From an uncultured Acidobacteriota bacterium (GTDB taxonomy: Bacteria > Acidobacteriota > Vicinamibacteria > Vicinamibacterales > CAVVIG01), in assembly GCA_963750035.1 (NCBI GenBank), contig CAVVPE010000021.1, positions 77,789 through 141,788 on the forward strand: a stretch of 64,000 nucleotides of DNA, read 5' to 3'. Shown piece after piece: positions 59,713 to 64,000 of this stretch. Within the stretch, counting starts at the first letter, position 1, and every line of letters begins with the position of its first letter. Made by a program: the position numbers and the translations under genes. The notes under the pieces are model-generated. The model did not search any database and was not told where the DNA came from. It saw only the letters and a list, made by a program, of their open reading frames with translations.

Positions 59713-61620
59713 GTGCGCCTGCCGGAGTCGACGCTCAAGGCGTACATCCCTGGAATCCTCTTCGGCATCATCTTCGGCGCCGCGAACGCCTACCTCGGAC
59801 TTGCGCGCCGGGCTCACCATCTCGACATCCATTCCCATCGCGGTCATGACCGTCGCCGCCTACAAGGTGCTCGCCGCGGCCGGCCGGCGCGGCAGCATTC
59901 TCGAGGCGAACATGTCGCAGGCGATCGGCTCGGCCTCGAGCTCGGTGGCGAGCGGCATCATCTTCACCATCCCGGCGCTGTTCCTGTGGAACCTCGACCC
60001 GACCGTCCTGCAGATGACGCTCCTCGCCCTGGCTGGCGGCCTGCTCGGCGTGCTGTTCATGATTCCGCTGCGGCGGCTGCTGATCGAAAAGGAGCATGGC
60101 ACCCTTCCCTACCCGGAGGGGACGGCGTGCGCCGAGGTGCTGATTGCCAGCGAGGCTGGCGGCGCCCGATCGCAGGGGGTGTTTGCCGGGCTCGGCGTCG
60201 GCGCGCTCTTCAAGGCCCTCGCCGGCGGTCTGCAGATCTTCCCCGACAGCTTCGAGACCCACGTGCCGTTCGTGCGCAAGGGACAGATCGGCACCGAGAT
60301 CTCAGCCGCGCTGTTCGGCGTCGGGTACATCCTCGGCCCGCGCGTCGGCACCGTCATGGTCGGCGGCGGCCTCCTGTCGTCGCTGGTGATCATTCCGATC
60401 ATCGCGACATGGGGCGCGTCGCGGACGACGCCGTTCTTCCCGGAAACGGCGCTGACGATTGCCGAGATGAGCGCCAGCCAGATCTGGTCGCGCTACGTCC
60501 GGTACATCGGCGCGGGCGCTGTCGCAACGGCCGGCATCATCACGCTGATTCGCAGCATCCCGACGATGATCGAGAGCTTCCGGGTGGGCGCTGGCCAGAT
60601 GCGCCAGCGCGCCGCCCACAGCGCAGGACCTGCCCTGAGCGAAGTCGAAGGGCCGCGAACGTCACGCGACCTGCCGTTCACGGTCACCATCGCCGGCGCT
60701 ATTGCCGTCTTCCTGATGCTCGCGCTCGTCCCGCAGGCGTTCGGCGCGCTCGACAACGTCGCGCATCGGGCGGTGGCGGCTCTGTGCGTCGTCGTCTTCG
60801 CGTTCTTCTTCGTCACGGTGTCGTCGCGGATCGTCGGGCTGGTCGGCGTCACGTCGAACCCGACCAGCGGGATGACGATTGCCGCGCTCCTCGGGACGTC
60901 CGCGGTCTTCCTCGCGCTGGGCTGGACCGACGATGCCGGGAAGATGGGCGCGCTCACGGTCGGGACGGTTGTCGCGATCGCGGCGTCGATTGCTGGTGAC
61001 ATGTCGCAGGACCTGAAGACGGGCTACCTCGTCGGCGGGACGCCCGACCGCATCCAGATCGGCGAGATCGTCGGCATTCTCTCGTCGGCGGTCTTCGTCT
61101 GTCTCACCGTGGTCCTGCTCGATCGCGCGTACGGGTTCGGGACGGCGGAGCTGCCGGCCCCGCAGGCGACGCTGATGAAGCTGGTCATCGAAGGCGTCCT
61201 CGATAAAGTGCTGCCATGGACGCTGGTCGCGATCGGCGTCGGTATCGCGCTGGCCGCCCTCGCGTTGAGACTGCCTGTCCTGGCCTTCGCCGTCGGCGTG
61301 TACCTGCCGGTCGCGACGATGGTGCCGATTTTCCTGGGCGGCCTGCTGCGGCTGCTGGCCGAACGGAGGCGGCGAAGAGCCCGGAAGCCCGGGCCGCGCG
61401 GATCGAGCAGGGCACGCTCCTCGGATCCGGCCTCGTCGCCGGCGAAGGGCTCGTCGGCGTGGCCATTGCCGGCGTCGCCTTCTCCCTCGGTCGCGTGCCT
61501 GCAGGAATCGGATCAGCGTGGGCGGGTGCGGCAGCGCAGTGGATCTCGCTCGCCGCGTTCTTGCTGCTGGCGGCCTGGTTCTGGCGAGCGGCCACTCGGG
61601 ACGAGCCGACGCGGACCTAA
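59713..61620 (+). CDS. OPT-family oligopeptide transporter, two frameshifts
   Basis: GTG at 59713: MRLPESTLKAYIPGILFGIIFGAANAYLGL. A +1 change near 59803 (GGA CTT g CGC GCC) leads to RAGLTISTSIPIAVMTVAAYKVL... (long intact stretch in ORF 59405..61633). A change near 61360 leads to ...EARAARIEQGTLLGSGLVAGEGLVGVAIAG...FWRAATRDEPTRT* (ORF 61216..61620). Confidence 0.85.
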
Positions 61621-61678
61621 AGGTCCGCACTGACGACTGAAGCACTACGACTGAAGAAGTGCAGGCCTTCAGGCCTGC
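61611..61678. terminator. Two hairpin-family members between convergent genes; the first contains the OPT stop codon in its loop
   Basis: GCGGACC-TAAA-GGTCCGC (61611-61628; the TAA at 61618-61620 is the OPT stop) and GCAGGCC-TTCA-GGCCTGC (61661-61678). They are separated by a local duplication, CGACTGAAG x2. Confidence 0.5.
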
Positions 61679-61687
61679 CGAGAAAAT

Positions 61688-64000
61688 CTACTTCGTTCCA
61701 GTCAGGCGCTTCAGCTGTTCGAAGAAATTGAAGACGAACACGACCTTGTCCTGCTTGGTGACCGTGAGGTTCTGCGTGCGCGGCGCGACCGCGAATCGCT
61801 GTCCGTCGGGATGAACGTCCACATCACGGCTCGGCGAACGTGGTCTGGCGATAATTCGTGTGTCGGAGAGCAGCCTGGGCTTCTCCGCCCTGAATGAATC
61901 ACCTTCGGTCCGGTACGGCGCAACCATCATCCGTAGATCCGGGGACCCCGCCGTGTAGAACAGCTCGTTCCGTGTCCGCGACCATAACGGATCATCGGCC
62001 GGGCCGTTCGAGATCTGCCATTTCCCGCCGGGGCCCGGGAAGGGACGGACGTAGATCTCCGGACGACCCGACTCGGCCGAAATATACGCAATCCATCGAC
62101 CATCCGGCGAAAACACCGGCGTGCTCTCCATGAGGTCCGTCTTGAGGAACTCGACCGGCGTTCCGGGCTTGAAGCCGGTCGCCTCGTCACCTTCGATCGG
62201 AAGAATCATCAGATTGCCCGCCGTCTTCGCATCCAGCTCGAAATAGGCGAGGAATTTCCCGCTCGGATGAAACGAGCCGGGAAAAAGATCGTTCGTGCCC
62301 TGGACGAGCTGTTGAATGTCCCCGGTCCCGTCGGCACGCTGCCAGTACAGGCTGAAAGGTGCTTTCGTCCCGCGTCTGGACGCGAAGGCGATTCGTCTAC
62401 CGTCCGGGGACCATACCGGTCTGACGTCGTCGGCCGCGTCGAAGGTAAACCGCGTCATCGTGTCCCGTGCGATATCGTAGGTCCATACATCGACCTGCGA
62501 ACCGTCGGAGACGTCCATCGCGAGACGTTCGCCGTCAGGCGAGAACCCCGGGTTGCTCCAGTTTGCTGGGGCGCTTCGGAGCACCGTCGTCTTGCCGGTG
62601 CGATCGAGCCAGCTGACCGGAATCTCGTTAGTCTCGGACGCACCCGGCAGATAGACGGCAGTTCCAGCCTGTGAAATCGCAATCTGTGAGCTGCCCGAGT
62701 TCGCATTCGTCGCCACACCTTCGACGGCTGGAACCGCCTGGCCCGTCACTTCCAGCCGGTCGATGTCGAACGGCGCCGCGAACAGCGTGCCCTGGTGGAG
62801 GTAGACCAGATGTCCGCTCGGCACGTAACGTGCGTGATAGCCGCCCCGGTGCACGACCTTCGGCTCGCCGTCGGGCAGCGGCTGAACGACGATATCCGCG
62901 TCTTCGTAGTTGGCCGGCGGGCTGGCCGTAAAAAGCACACCGCGAGCGCCAGGAAGTGCTTGCGGCCACCGATGCTGGATGTCCCCCGGCACCGACTTCG
63001 AGAGCGCGCTCGTCATCCCGCCGCCCGCCGGCACGCGGACAAGCGACGACCCTGGATTGCTGACGGGCTGAAAAACGATGACGTTGTCATCGCCCCAGCT
63101 GCCCCCGCGCGCGCTCGGCGCATCCGCGAGCGTCACAGGGGCGCCACCCGTGACGGAAATCTTCTTGAGCTTGCCGCCGGCGAAGAACGCGATCCACTGA
63201 CCGTCCGGTGAGAAAAATGGACTCGCGGCATCGTCGGTGCCGGCGAACGGCGTCGCGGCCAGATGATCGAGCCGGCGCAAATACAACTTCGCGCTCGATT
63301 CTTCCGGACCGTTGGCGACGAAGGCGAGCGTCTGGCCGTCTGACGACAGGACTGCGCTCGCACCCACCAGCGTGTTGAGGGATACGTCAGCGCCGAGCGC
63401 CGCGTCGAGCGTCATCGGCACCGGCGTCTCGCCGGCGCGCCAGGGACGCGTCACGGCCAGCACAGCCATCGTCACGACCGCCAGGACGGCAGCAACCGCC
63501 CAGGGGACGGCCCGCGCCAGCCCGCCGAGACGCGTCGTCGCCGGCCGCGGTCGGCGCGGCCGGCGCCGCGATCGAGGATGCCGGCGTCGTGGCTTCGGCT
63601 AGATCGAAGCGAACGTCGCCGATATCCCTCAGGCGCTCGCGCGGATCCTTGGCGAGGCATCGCCTGAGCAGTCGCTGGACAACCGGCGGCGTACCGGCGG
63701 GGAGTGCATTCCAGTCCGGCTCGCCGCGCAGGACGGCCGCGAGAGTATCGGACGAGTCCTCACCTTCGAACGCGCGCTTGCCGGTGAGCATCTCGAACAG
63801 GACGCAGCCAAAGGCCCAGACGTCGCTGCGCTTGTCGGCGACTCGACCTTTCGCCTGCTCCGGGCTCATATAGGCCGCGGTCCCGAGGATCATACCGGCC
63901 TGTGTCGCCGCGAACGTCAGCGTTGGCGAGTGCGCCATGTCAAGAGCGCTCGGCACGTCCCCCGCATCGAACCGCGCGAGTCCAAAGTCGAGCACCTTGA
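61688..64000 (-). CDS. Ser/Thr protein kinase fused via one TM segment to a TolB-like beta-propeller; partial (N-terminus beyond the window), one frameshift
   Basis: ORF 63387..63995 has the kinase subdomains DFGLA...GTAAYMSPEQ...DVWAFGCVLFEMLTG...RLLRRCLAKDP. A frame change near 63540 leads to TTRLGGLARAVPWAVAAVLAVVTMAVLAV (TM), then ORF 61688..63475 with repeated FSPDG(Q/E/R)(W/R)(I/L)A(F/Y) TolB-type blades. Confidence 0.85.

Noticed and set aside
60621-60665. Possible repeat-derived insertion in the OPT transporter loop (…AHSAGPALSEVEGPRTSRD…)
   Set aside because: The DNA (CCTGAGCGAAGTCGAAGGGCC) resembles REP-like words seen in other GC-rich genomes. It has no second copy in this window and no clear hairpin, so I cannot support it as a repeat.

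Overview
This is a GC-rich bacterial chromosomal segment; third codon positions are almost always G or C. The gene content looks like an Acidobacteriota-type soil bacterium (inference): a VWFA-related acidobacterial-type protein, PadR plus permease modules, a PSCyt/DUF1549/DUF1553 plus DUF1501 pair, and many secreted hydrolases. I support about 55 protein-coding genes. They are tightly packed and often translationally coupled by ATGA start/stop overlaps. I saw no rRNA, tRNA, CRISPR array, transposase, integrase or phage genes. Recognisable content includes: ACP, acyl-AMP ligase and a serine-palmitoyltransferase-like synthase; a coupled GNAT and epimerase-type SDR pair next to a PAP2 phosphatase; thrC and thrB with a TDH-like SDR; Xaa-Pro aminopeptidase; TraB/GumN; amine oxidase; oligoendopeptidase F; pseudouridine synthase; aldo/keto reductase; quinone oxidoreductase; two PadR modules (one with a HAAS/RDD protein, one with an ABC exporter); TreS-like GH13; CHRD lipoprotein; a collagen-like protein; AtoE, CitMHS and OPT transporters; a VWA and TPR pair; an AlgI/AlgJ-like O-acetylation pair; M14 peptidase; a four-BON lipoprotein; a PQQ quinoprotein; an NHL protein; a Tat-amidohydrolase; and a Ser/Thr kinase fused to a TolB-like propeller. 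Two features are not explained by ordinary annotation. (1) Many conserved genes are readable only by changing frame. I hand-counted roughly 80 frame changes. They are strongly clustered in some genes, while about 23 kb of neighbouring genes are clean. Uncorrected assembly indels are the most likely cause, but local pseudogenisation is not excluded. (2) Almost every intergenic gap holds structured repeats. These include at least four dispersed families, a small hairpin family, and junction-specific tandem or palindromic minisatellites. Some of them contribute the first or last codons of ORFs. The most interesting candidates are a small GIY-YIG nuclease ORF bracketed by inverted copies of one dispersed repeat family, two large composite palindromic arrays bracketing the VWA-TPR module, and a possible bacterial ceramide-type lipid gene set.
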